In this document: one piece after another, positions 1-12,400 of the stretch
Numbering within the stretch: position 1 is the stretch's first letter
Layout of the letters: every line of letters starts with the position of its first letter
Assembly: GCF_009914755.1 (NCBI RefSeq)
Contig: NC_060936.1
Origin: the human T2T-CHM13v2.0 reference genome, Homo sapiens
Length of the DNA stretch: 64,000 bases
Direction: 5' to 3' (one strand)
Translations under genes and position numbers: made by a program
The notes under the pieces: model-generated
What the model saw: the letters and a program-made list of their open reading frames with translations, nothing else
Database searches by the model: none
What the model was told of the DNA's origin: nothing

Positions 1-100
1 TCTGCTGCAGCCGGCCCCTCCTCAGACTCTTACATTGGAGTCCTGTGCGCTAACTCCCAATGAGGTTCTGCCCAGAGCTCCCTTTCAAGGCCTTGAGGCT

Positions 101-515
101 TACGTTAGTTTCCTAGAGTTGTCATAACAAATTACCACAGACTGATTGGCTTAAAACACAGAAATATCTTCTCTCACAGTCCAAGAAAGCAGAAGTCTAA
201 AATCGAGGTGTCAGCAGAGCCGGTTTCTTTTGGAGGCTGCAAGGGAAAAACGCTCATGCCTCCCAGCGTCTGATGGTTCCCAGCAATCTTTGGCTTGTAG
301 CCGCATCACTCCAATCTGTATCTTCTTTTTCACCTGTTTTCTTCATTCTGTGTAACGCTAGGAGTCCTCCCTTCTTATAAGGATACCAGTCATTGGATTT
401 AAGGCCCATCCATTAAATGACTATAACTTTGTCTTAACTAATTACACCTGCCCACCTTATTTTCTAACAAGGTTACTTTCTGAAGTTTCAAATAAACATG
501 AATTTGGGGGCCTTT
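101..515 (-). mobile_element. MLT1-family (ERVL-MaLR) solo LTR, MLT1B/C-like
   Basis: Reverse-orientation MLT1 signature TTAGTTTCCTAG..TAACAAATTACCACA..GCTTAAAACACAGAAAT..TCTCACAGT..AAGTCTAAAATCGAGGTGTCAGCAG, later CTTATAAGGATACCAGTCATTGGATTT. Confidence 0.8.
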
Positions 516-826
516 CCTTGATAACAAGACTTAACGACCCATTTTCATAATTTCAGATCTCTGAAAGAAGAGTTTTCACACACCTTTCCTCAAGAAAATC
601 TACTGAGCTCTGTATGCAAATTTTCCTTTTACCGTCTCCTTCAGAGCGAGAGAAAACAGATATTCATATATTTTCAAATGTCTTAATTAATAAGAAAAAT
701 ATACTCATGGAGTCTTTCTAGCCCTACTCCCAGAATCTAGAGGGAACTGGAATAATTTTATCTTATTTTGTATGTGAAGTATATACAAAGTCTGGCACAT
801 AGAAAGCCCTCAATTATTGGTAATTA

Positions 827-1386
827 CAGTCATGAGTCGCTTAACAACAGGGATATGTTCTAAGAGATGCATTGCTAGGTGATTTCATGGCTGTGAGAAC
901 ATCATAGGGTGTACTTACACAAAGCTAGATGGTATAGCCTACTGCTCCCAGGCTACAAGCCTATACAGCATATTACCACACTGGAAACTGTAGGCGATTG
1001 TAACACAATGGTAAGTGTTTGTGTATCTAAACATAAAAAGGTACAGCAAAAATACAGTGTAAAAGATGAAAATGGCACTCCTATATAGGTCACTTACCAT
1101 GAATGGTGCTCAAAGGACTGGAAGTAGCTCTGGGTAAGTCAATGAGTGAGTGATGAGTGACTGTCAAAGCCTAGGACGTTACTGTACATTATTGCAGACT
1201 TTTAAAAGACTATACACTTAGGCTATACTAAATTTATTTTAAAATTAAGTAATTGAGCTATAATATTATGATGGCTATGATGTCACTAGGTGATAGAAAT
1301 TTTTCACCTCCATTATTATCTTATGGGACCACCATCCTATATGCAGTACATAGTTGACTGAAATACCATTATGCAGCACATGGCTG
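827..1386 (+). mobile_element. Tigger3-family (TcMar-Tigger) non-autonomous DNA transposon, ~560 bp
   Basis: TIRs CAGTCATG../..CATGGCTG with TA target duplications at 825-826 and 1387-1388; internal GTGTACTTACACAAAGCTAGATGGTATAGCCTAC and TTATGGGACCACCATC typical of Tigger3. Confidence 0.9.
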
Positions 1387-1669
1387 TATTTATTATTCCA
1401 GAAGGTAATCAAAAGTACCCTGAGGATACCAAGCATCAGGATAAAATTTAATTTGCTGGAGGCAAAATGTCTGCCTTATTTAGTTTCTAGCACAATTTGA
1501 GTGGAACTCTCAATGCAGTCTGGCAGGCTCTGTATCCCTCATATAAGACCTAGGTAAATTTTATACATCTTTGGCTCATGGATCGCACGAACAATTATGT
1601 GTATCAGAGCTCTCTAACCATCTGAACATTTCAGGGCTCCTGACTAGTGCTAACCTAGAGTAGATAAAC

Positions 1670-1780
1670 AGTATTCCATTATGTATATATACCACATTTT
1701 CTTTATCCATTCATCTGTTATTGCAGTTAGGTTGATTCTGTAACTTGGCTATTGTGACTAGTGTTGCAAAGAATACAGGA
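1670..1780 (-). mobile_element. Short L1 3'-region fragment
   Basis: GTATTCCATTATGTATATATACCACATTTTCTTTATCCATTCATCTGTT..TTGGCTATTGTGA is the antisense of the L1 ORF2 end. Confidence 0.75.
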
Positions 1781-2133
1781 CAATTCATGTTCAAAGTGGA
1801 GAAAAGTGAGATATGGACACTCACTAAGGGCTTTTGCCTTGTGACGAGCATATCTTCAGATCTACAGGTTCCATGAAACCATGGGACAGTTGTAGAGGCA
1901 GCATCTTGGGACTCTTCTGCAGTTACAAAGCAGGATCTCACTCAAGACTCCAATCTAAATCTAGACCTTTTAGGCTGAGTGGAGCCACTGTTTGACTCCC
2001 TGGGCAAAGCTGGTCTAGCTCCTCTGCTTCTCTAAAATCTATAGAAGCAGGAGTCTCCCTGCCTGAATGGGGTTGTTGGGAGTGCTTTTGGCTGAGTGGA
2101 ACCATTGTTTGATTTCCTGGGTCAAGCCAGTCT

Positions 2134-4325
2134 CAACACAACAAAGACCATGTATGAGAAGCCCACAGCTAACAATATACTCAAAGATAAAAAAAAATTG
2201 AAAGCCTTTCCTCTAAAATCCGGAACAAGGTACAATGCCCACCTTACCACTTCTATTCAACATAGAATTGGAAGCTCTTGCCAGAGCAATTAGGCAAGAG
2301 AAAGAAATGAAAAGCATTCAAATAGAAAAGGAAGAAGTAAACTTTTCACTGTTTGCTGACAACATGATCCTACATATAGAAAAACCTACAAATTCCACCA
2401 AAAGACTGTCAGGACTAATAAATGAATAAAGTTGCACAATACAAAATCAACACATAAAAGTCAATGGTGGTTCTATATACTACCGATGAACTATCTGAAA
2501 ATGAAATCAAGAGAACAATCCCATTCAAAACAGTAACAGAAACAATAAAATACTTAGGAAAAAATTTAACCTAGAGGTAAAAGATCTAAACACTAAAATC
2601 TATAAAATGTTAATGAAAAAAATTGAAGAAGACACAAATAAATGGAAAGAAATTCATGTTCATAAGTGGAAAGAGTTAATATTGTTAAAATGTCTATACC
2701 ATCCAAAGTAATGTACAGATTCAATGCAACACCTATAAAAAGTCCAACATCATTTTTCATAGACATAGAAAAAACAATCTTAAAATTCATATAGAACCAC
2801 AAAAAATCCTGGATAGTCACAGCAAGCATAAGCAAAAAGAATAAAGCTGGAGGTAACAAGCTACCTGATTTCAAACTATACTATAAAACAATAGTAATTA
2901 AAACAGCATGGTATTGGCAAAAAAAAAAAAAAAATGAACATGTTGACCAACGAAACAGAATAGAGCACCCAGAAATGAATATATGCAAGTCAACTAATTT
3001 TTGACAAAGGTGCCAAGAATATGCAATGGGAAAATGGCAGTTTGAATTTCCACATACAGAAGAATGAAACTGGACTGTTATCTCACATCATATGCAAAAC
3101 CTAACCCAAATGGATTAAAGACTTAAAACAAGAAACTCTAAAACTACTAGAAACAAACATGGGGGAAAACACTACATGACATTAGTCTGGTCAATGATTT
3201 TTTTTTATTTGACTCCAAAAGTTCAAGCAATGAAAGCAAAAATAGTCAAATGAGATTACATCAAACCTAAAAGCTTCTGCACAGCAAAGGAAACAATTCG
3301 CACTGTACAGAGTCAACCTTTGGATTAGGAAAAAACATTTGCAAGCCATACATCTGTTAAGGGACTAATATTCAAAACATACAAGGAGCTCAAACAATTC
3401 AATACCAAAAAAACAAAAATCTCAATTTGAAAAATGTGCAAGAGACCTAAATAGGCATTTCTCAAAAGAAAACATACAACTGGCCAACAGATGTGTGAAA
3501 AATGCTCAGTACCACTAATTATTAGGAAATGTGAAGTAAAACCACAATGAGCTATCATCTCACACCTGTCAGAATGGCTTTTATCAAAAGCATGAAAGAT
3601 AACAAATGTTGGCAAGGATGTGGAGAAAAGGAAACCCTCATACACTGTTGGTTAAATGTAAATTAGTGCAGACACTATGGAAAACAGTATGGAAGTTCCT
3701 CATAAAACTAAAAATAGAATTATCATACGATCCAGCAATCCCATTTCTGGGTACTTACCCAAAAGATAGTCAGTTTCTCTAAGAAATGTCCTGTATTCAT
3801 TACAGCCTATTCACAATAGCCAAGTTATGGAATCAACCTAAGTGTCCCTCAATGGATGAATGGATAAAGAAAATGTGGCATATATACACAATGAAATATT
3901 CAGCCTTTAAAAAGAAAGAAAATCTGTCATTTGCAACATGGGTAGGATTGGAGAACACTATGCTAATGAAATAAGTCAGATACAGAAAGACAAATACCAC
4001 ATGTTCTCACTCGTATGTGGTACGGGGAATGGCCAGATGGTTGAAGGGTACAAAATATCAGACAGAAGGAGTATGTTTTCTTTATTTTTTTGAGTTTCTT
4101 TTGCACACTCTGGTGAATATAATTAATAATATTGTATATTTCAAAATTGCTAAGAGTAAATTTCAGACATTCTCATCACAAAAAAATGGTAAGTTTTTTG
4201 GGTGATGGACATGTTAACTAGCTTGATTTAATTTTTCCACATAGTATTTATAAATTATTAATATACTTTGTACCCTATAAGTTTATACACTTATAAATTT
4301 TTAATTTAAAATAAAAATAAAGAAA
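2134..4325 (+). mobile_element. 5'-truncated L1MA (L1MA4/5-like): ORF2 C-terminal half, 3'UTR and A-tail
   Basis: Frameshifted ORF2 peptides ([69 protein letters not shown]); L1MA-type 3'UTR and A-rich tail at ~4305-4325. Confidence 0.93.
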
Positions 4326-4334
4326 TCTAGGCCC

Positions 4335-4725
4335 CTGATATATGTCTTCTATTCCCGGCCATATCTGCTCTCCATTCTACTACCCTTCTTCCTGTTTCAG
4401 GACCTAACAGGTAGAGGCTACATAATTAGGCCCTTTGGTCTTGAGGCTTCCAGTTGGATGTAGAACAACAGTGGAAAGACCCAGCAGAAATTCAAAAAGA
4501 AAAGGTATAAGATGAGGTGATTCATTTCCCTGGCTCCTTCCTTGTAAACTATCCTATGACTGGTATGTCCATAACCCATGGTCATGGCTCCTCTCAGAGG
4601 CCTCCACAAGCCTCTTTCTTTTTCCTCCCCACCTTCAGGCCTAGTGGTAGTAACTACTTCACTGTTTTTACTGTGTTAACACTGCACCCTTGTAAATAGT
4701 GCCTTTGTAAAAATTTCTTCAAACC
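4335..4725 (+). mobile_element. LTR33-like ERVL solo LTR
   Basis: CCTTCAGGCCTAGTGGTAGTAAC and CCTTGTAAATAGTGCCTTTGTAAAAATTTCTTCAAA match recalled LTR33 3' motifs. Confidence 0.6.
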
Positions 4726-5117
4726 CATTTCCATTCATTACAAGTTAACAACTTAAATTTATATGAAATACATGAGGTGATTCTCAGTTATTTTCATCTT
4801 AAATACTTCATCAAGAATTTTAGGACATGAAGAGATCATCTAAATTAAATCTAAATGTTACTTGGTAGGAGAGCTAACCCTAAAACACAAGCCTCCTAAA
4901 TCCTAATCCAATAGTCTTTCTACTTATGTGCCTGGAAAAAGGCTTATTATTTTCCTAGACAATACCAGTTTTCTGTGGTCAATAGATACTCAAAATCAGA
5001 GTTACCTTCAGCCATACTATAGACTTCATCCTCCATTCTTTTCTTTCCTTCCTTTTCCTTTCCTTGTCCTCCCTTTTTCTTTCCAGTGCTCTCTCTCTCT
5101 CTCTGCCCTGAGAGAGG

Positions 5118-5360
5118 AATTAACATTTACTGAATACTCATTATGCAGCAAACACCATGAAACACATAAATAACCTGTGCTAAATGATATCTCGCTTAAC
5201 ACTCCCAACACTCTCACTTAACACTCCCAACAACCGTGAGTTATTAAACCGATTTTACATATTAGGAAACTGAGGCTTAAAGAACTTAAATTTCCAAGGC
5301 AGCACAACTAATTATGCAAGAGCATGAGCTTCAAGTCCAATAAGTCTGACTGTAGAGTCT
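5118..5360 (-). mobile_element. MIR SINE with an internal 22-bp tandem duplication
   Basis: TAACATTTACTGAATACTCATTATG..ATTTTACATATTAGGAAACTGAGGCTTA..AGTCTGACT antisense MIR core. Confidence 0.7.
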
Positions 5361-5413
5361 ATGGTCTCCCCACGGAGCCCTGACACATCCCGCATCCTGT
5401 GGCCCTGTGCTGA

Positions 5414-5833
<420 letters not shown>

Positions 5834-6374
5834 TAACAATACTAGTTGAATAATCTCTAATAAACTAATTTAGATAAATTAATTACCCATGACTTCTTCA
5901 GCTTTTATGTTTTTTAAACGCCTCCTAGAGTCAAAACCTAATGTGGTTTCTGCAGCCGTGGGAACAGTGAAATTGTAATGGATGCAATATATTGGCATCC
6001 ATTCTTATTAGAGAAGAAAACAGTACCACTAACTTTTGTTGAAAATAATTGCTCAAGAGGGAAGATAAACAGAGCTCTTCTAACACATTCATGTAACTAG
6101 AAGTCTATTCATTTGTTCTCAAAGCACTGCTGGAAACTGGTAGAAATAAGCTAGTATATGACAGAATCCAGATTCTGCAAATGCAGGGCCCCAGAACGAT
6201 GAGCATTGCATTCACAGTGTGGGAGGCTACAGTGGGGAGACAAGGTTTGTGGCCGGCTTTCAAGCCTTTAAGAGGAAGGAGCTGAATTCATAAGGAAGGA
6301 TTACATCTCACTGCAATCATTTGTATGACTGACTTTCAGTATATTTTGTAATTGTTCTACAGTTTTCTCTCTTT

Positions 6375-6492
6375 TGTCTTCTGTAAGCTTTGCAATGATG
6401 GGAACTATGCCTTATGCATCTTTGCGTTTTCCACAGCTCAGAGTCAATGCCTTATACATAGAAGATGCTCAATAAATGTTTTAACTAAATAA
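6375..6492 (+). mobile_element. L2 3' end fragment
   Basis: CTGTAAGCTT..ATGCCTTATACATAGAAGATGCTCAATAAATGTTT L2 terminus. Confidence 0.65.
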
Positions 6493-8309
6493 GCACCCTG
6501 CCTTTTCAAGTGACTGACTGAATTTAAAGAGCCTACTCCTAAATTTATATACTGTGTTGTGCGTATTTCAGAAGTATATTTTTGAAGATAGGGTGAAAAT
6601 AAGATTTTACAATAGAATCGGAGGCATAATGGTAGGATTTTGGAAAATAATAATGAAAATAAGTGTCAAAGTTCAACAATTCCTAGGCTTTCATCTAAAT
6701 GACTTTGACCTCTTTTATAAAGAAGAAACTGAACCTGTAGCTATTATTTTCTTTTTTTCCAAATACTTTTAAAATAAAATGTATTTTGGGGGCACAATAC
6801 TGTTCTTTATGCATTCAGATGACTTGCATGTTAGACACAAAAGGGTTCCTTGGGCCGCTGTCGGTCTATTGTATATACATGCACATTTCAAGTAGATTTT
6901 CAGCACAATAGGGGTTAACAGCAGTCCTCAAAACCACTCACTGTTCGGGGTGCACTGTTTCCTGATTTTTATAGGATTTTGTTTTCTTCTTTTGACATTG
7001 TAACTACAATAATACCTCCAATGGTTGATAAATTAGAAAGGAATTCAGAACTAAAATTGTTTATGGTTTGTTTTTCAGGAAAAAATCAATAAAGAGGCAA
7101 ATTTCAAAGCACAGAGTTAATAATGTCATCTATTAAACAATGTAAGTACCTTCTAAGTCTAATATTTTTACTATCAGTTTGAATAAAAGCAGATGATAGT
7201 TTTTAAGCTTAGATTTCTATGACTCAGGCATTTAAAAAGGCAGACTGCACTGTTTTTTACTTTGTTGAGCCCATTGTGTCAAAAATGAGATTTTTTTTTT
7301 TGTGGACTCCATAAAATATAGTAAAGTAGGTACAGCAAGATTAGTGAGTTATGCTGAACAAAGCATGGTTCTGATACACCCTTTTGGCCTCTTTGAAGTT
7401 AGGAATCAGAACCACTTTCCTACCAACAGTTGGCTACACTCAATGAGATGATGTTCAAACATTGGCTATATGTAAGAGCTCCAATTCATAAAAAGCAATT
7501 GAAAATTTGGCCCTAGAAAATGGAAGGGCCAGCCACCCACTCCTTTGCAGCTTGTAGGTCACTGTACCCACTATGATGACTCAGTTGGGTTCCAGATGTC
7601 ATTTTCTTCTCTCACTGTCTAGAATCACAGCACCCAACTTTTCTTTTTCTGTAACTCTAAATTAGACAGCAGGGAGGCTTTGTCACCCTTATGTCCTAAA
7701 GTTAAACTAAATTAGGAGCTAGTACACTTCAAAAACCATTGAATAAAATTTATATATTCCTGTGGTTATCATGATATGAAAGTAATCTTTTAATATTTAG
7801 GCTCAGCATGTGAAATATATCAGGTTGGCCTCTCCCTGCACTCTCTCAGTATCAAAGAGGAAGAAGCAGGAAAAGCCAGTATGCCAGTGATCAGCTAGAA
7901 TTATCCCCTGCATGACACACAAACAATGTCACAGACTCCTGTTGTAATCCTGCCTGCTTGGGGTTGGGAGATGGAGGGAGGACAGGAAGAAGTCATGAAA
8001 ACTGACTCTCCTCTCAACCTCTACTCTCCATTCAAAAAGCCCACCACATCCAGCGTTTGCCTGGAAGATTAGAAATGTGTCTTTTATTGGGATTCTCTGG
8101 TGACACTTCTATGGACTCCAGACATGGCTAATGTTCAGCTCTTGAGCCAGACTGTGGGGCAGACAATTCAAAAACATGTGTCACATGTAATATGTTCATA
8201 TTTTCTGAATCAAAATTTGAACATACAAGTATGACACATTGGTCTAGCTGTACATGGTCTAGTAAGAGCACAAAATAGAGTATTTTAGTCAATTCTAAGA
8301 TACACATAC

Positions 8310-10157
8310 TGTGATGATTAATTTTATGTGTCAATCTGATGGGGCAAAGAAATGCCCAGCTAGCTAGAAAAACATCATTTCTAGGTGTGTCTGTGAGGTG
8401 TTTCCAGAAGACATTAGCATTTGCATTATTCAAGAACACTGCCTTCACCAGTGTGGGTGGGTGTCATCCAGTCCACTGAGAAAGCAAATAGAACCAAAAG
8501 GTGGAAGAAAGGTGAATTTGCTCTTGCTGTTTAAGCTGGGACATCCATCTTTTCCTGCCCTCAGACATCAGTGCTCCTGGTTCTTGGGCCTTCAGATTCA
8601 GACCACAACTTACATCTTTGGCTGTTCTGTTTCTCAGGCCTTCAAGTATGAACTGGAACTATATCACCAGCTTTCCTGAGCCTCCAGCTTGCAAAAGGCA
8701 GATTGTGGGATTTCTCAGCCTCCACAATCATGTGAGCCAATTCCTTAAAAAAAAAAAAAATCTCTCCCACTGGTTAGCCATATACAGAAATGGAAACTGG
8801 AACCCTTCCTTACACCATATACAAAAATCAACTCACAATGGATTAAAGACATAAATGTAAAACCCAAAGCTATAAAAACCCTAGAAGAAAACCTTGACAA
8901 TACCGTTCAGGACATAGGCATGGGCAAAGATTTCATGATGAAGATGGCAGAAACAATTGCAACAAAGGCAAAAATTGACAAATGGGATCTAATTAAACTT
9001 GAAGAGCTTCTGCACAGCAAAAGAAACTATCAACAGAGTAAACAGACAACCTGCAGAATAGGAGGAAATTTTTGCAAACTATGCATCTGACAAAGGTCTA
9101 ATGCCCAGCATCTCTAAGGAACTTAAACAAATTTACAAGAATAAACAACCGCATTAAAAAGTAGGCAAAGGATATGAACAGACACTTATCAGAAGAAGAC
9201 ATGCATGTGGCCAAGAAACATATGAAAAAAAGCTCAACATCACTTATCGTTAGAGAAATGCACATCAAAACTACAATGAGATACCATCTCATGCCAGTCA
9301 GCATGGCTGTTATTAAAAAGCCAAAAAACAACAGGTGCTGGAGAGGTTGTGCAGAAAAGGAATGTTTCTACACTGTTGGTGGAAGTATAAATTAGTACAA
9401 CCATTATGGAAGACAGTGTGGTGATTCCTCAGTGACCTAGAGGCAGAAACACCATTCAACCCAGCAATCTCATTACTGGGTATATACCCATAAGAATATA
9501 AACTGTTCTATTATAAAGACACATGCACATGTGTGTTAACTGCAGAACTATTCACAATAGCAAAGACATGGAATCAACCTAAATGCCCATCAATGATAGA
9601 CTAGATAAAGAAAATGTGGGACATATACACCATAGAATACTATGCAGCCATAAAAAAGAATGAGATCACGTTCTTTGCAGGGCATGGCTGGTGCTGGAAG
9701 CCATTATCTTTAGCAAACTAACACAGGAACAGAAAACCAAATACCACATGTTCTCACTTATAGGTGGGAGCTAAATGATGGAACGCATGGACACATGGAG
9801 GGGAACAACACACACTGGGGTCTGTCAGAGGGTGGAGGGGTGGGAAGAGGGAGAGGATCAGGAAGAATGGCTGATGGATGCTAGGCTTAATACCTGGGTG
9901 ATGGGATGATCTGTGCCGAAAGCCACCATGGCACACATTTACCTATGTAACAAACCTGCACATCACGCACATGTACCCCTGAACATAAAAGTTGGAAATT
10001 TAAAAATTAATTAACTTAATTAAATAAAATTGTAATTGCACAATATTTTTTTAAAAAAAAACTCTCCCTATGTATCTAATAGGAAGAAGTGGGAAGAGCC
10101 AGTATGCCAGTGTTCAGCATATTGGTTGTGCTTCTCTGGAGAGCCTTGGCCAATACA
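8310..10157 (+). mobile_element. MLT2B/C-like ERVL solo LTR split by an L1 insertion (pieces 8310-8768 and ~10060-10157)
   Basis: Starts TGTGATGATTAATTTTATGTGTCAA, ends TTCTCTGGAGAGCCTTGGCCAATACA; near-matching 5-bp TSD CATAC/CATAA. Confidence 0.9.
8769..10052 (+). mobile_element. 5'-truncated older L1PA (L1PA13-16-like) nested in the MLT2 LTR
   Basis: ORF2 end ([32 protein letters not shown]), L1PA-type 3'UTR; TSD A-run+(T/A)CTCTCCC ending at 8768 and 10068. Confidence 0.93.
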
Positions 10158-10189
10158 CATAATCATTGTAATATAACAGAAATAAGTAT

Positions 10190-10303
10190 ATGTCTTATGA
10201 TCAATAGCATGTCTGTTAAACTGGTGGTATTTTTTTCTTTATTAGTAGCACAAAAAATAATGGTGTATCTTACAATCGATGTCATCTTAGATTCAATAAA
10301 ATA
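10190..10303. mobile_element. Old TcMar-Tigger-like terminal fragment
   Basis: AATAATGGTGTATCTTACAATCGATGTCATCTTAGATTCAATAAAATA resembles recalled ancient Tigger termini; subfamily uncertain. Confidence 0.45.
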
Positions 10304-10433
10304 TTTTTGACCCCAGAAATATCTCAGAAAATCCAGGAAAAGTGATTTGTTTTTCTGTCACATTCAGTATATGTTGCCTTTATTGCCAAACCTTGCCATT
10401 TCTCTAATAACAAACTGGATTTCAGAGGAAAGG

Positions 10434-10834
10434 TGAGATGGTCGGTTTTATGTGTCAAATTGGCTAGGCTTCAGTCCCCACTTATTCAATCGAACACTAA
10501 TCTAGATATCACTGTGAAGTTATTTTGTAGATATGGTTCAATCTATAATCAGTTGATTTTAAGTAAAGGAGATTATCCTCTACCATCTGGATGGGCCTGA
10601 TCTAATCAGTTGAAAGGCTTTAAGAGCAGAATTGAGGTTTCCCTGAGGAAGAAAAAATTCTGCAGCATAAGCTCTTGCCACAGATTTTCCAGCCAGCCCA
10701 TCCTGACAGTCTGCCCTAAGGACTTTGGACTTGCCTAGCCAGGCCCCCAAGTCACATTAACCAATGTTGTGGCAATAAAACTCTTCATATACATTTTACA
10801 GTTCTATTTCTCTGTTAGAACTCTGAGTGATACA
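10434..10834 (+). mobile_element. MLT2D-like ERVL solo LTR
   Basis: TGAGATGGTCGGTTTTATGTGTCAAATTGGCTAGGCT..AGTAAAGGAGATTATCCTC..GAGGTTTCCCTGAGGAAGAA..GTTCTATTTCTCTG..GATACA. Confidence 0.85.
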
Positions 10835-10849
10835 CAGAGTCAATGGTAT

Positions 10850-11324
10850 TCATTTCTCATTCTAATATTTTCTCTTTATTGTATTTATTTGAAAAGGTGA
10901 TATATTCCCATGTTCTTTATATTATGTAGGAATACAATGAAAAGATTTATTTCTACTCTCTTCCCCATTCTCCCAGCTCCTAATCCACCACCACCTGTCA
11001 TAGGTAACCGCTAGAATTACTTCCTTGTAATTCCAAAGTTCCTTTGTGCATAAGCAACTCAACACAGATATATATTCTTTCTCCCAATTTACAAAACAGA
11101 AAAAAAGGTAGCCTACTATGTACAATGATCTGCACTCAGCTTTTTCCTGACTCTTTCTTAAGAGTTTTTCATTTCATTATACAAAGAGCTTCTTCTTGCT
11201 TTTTTCTCAGCTCTATTTCCTATCCATACCGTGATTTATTTAACCAGTCACCTGCTGGCAGACATTTGGCTTATTTCAACACTTTTGCTATTACCCACAA
11301 GTGAAATCCTTTAAAATCATTTAA

Positions 11325-11377
<53 letters not shown>

Positions 11378-12400
11378 AAACATGTTATATATGATGAGTC
11401 ATGTATAAAAATCATTATGTACTTTGAGCAAGAATATGCATAGAAGAAAATACAGGTAGAATGACTCAAAGGGGCACAAGGCATATGCATTTGTGATTGT
11501 GAGAGATCTTCCTAAACTTCCCAGTATCAACTGAATAAAGTATTTGTTTGGAGAATGCTTGCCTCAATGCAAATGTGCTAATGAACTTTGGAATATGTAT
11601 CAATTCAGTAAATTACAAAACTTTCAGTGGATGTATAATTTGCATCTCACTGAATATGAATGGCATAGACCATCTTTTTAAAATATTTATGTCATTTTTA
11701 TTTCATTTTATAATCCCCATTCACATCTTTTGACTATTTTTCTATTGAATTGGTCTTTTTATATCATACAGGAGTTCTTACATATTCGAGAAATCAGTCT
11801 TTTATCTGTGAAATGGAATACTAATATTTTCCCCAATTTTTTATTTGTCTTTTAACTCTCCCAGTAGACATCCCCCTAGAAAATGTCTTTATTTTTATGT
11901 ATTTAGATTTACCAATCTTTTCTTTTACACCTCCAGATTTTGCATCATAGTTACAATGCCCTTCTCCACACCGAGGTTCTAAAGGCATTCATCATCCTTC
12001 ATTACTTTTCAGATGGCTGACCAATTGTTCCAACATCGTTTATAATAAGGCTACTTTTCCCTACTTATTTGAGATTCCTTTATCATATACTAAATTTCTA
12101 TATGTCTCGCTCTAGTGTGTTCCATTGCTTTATATGTCTGTGAACCAGTACCACATATTTTACTTATTAAAGGTTTATAATACATTTTCACATCTCCAGG
12201 GATTAATTCTTCTTTGTCTTTCTTTAACACTACCATTGCCCTTCTTTTTCAAGATTTTCTTAGCTATTTTATTTAGTTCTGCACAAGTACTTCAAAACCA
12301 ATGTGCCCCTCTTCAACCCACCCTGTCCCCTGTCCCACAAAATATTATCATGCTGGCTTGGCTTATCACAGTCCTAAAATTCTATCATCAGATAAAATGA
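10850..12400 (-). mobile_element. Highly degraded L1ME-type fragments
   Basis: T-rich antisense L1 ORF2/3'UTR remnants (TATTTAACCAGTCACCT..GACATTTGGCTTATTTC, ATATTTTCCCCAATTTTTTATTTGTCTTTTAACT, CCAATTGTTCCAACATC). Confidence 0.6.
11326..11377 (+). repeat. (TAGA)13 tetranucleotide STR
   Basis: Uninterrupted TAGA run of 52 bp. Confidence 0.97.

Noticed and set aside
7219-7585. AP-1 motifs (TGACTCA) here and scattered elsewhere
   Set aside because: A 7-mer is expected several times by chance in 64 kb, and there is no dense cluster.
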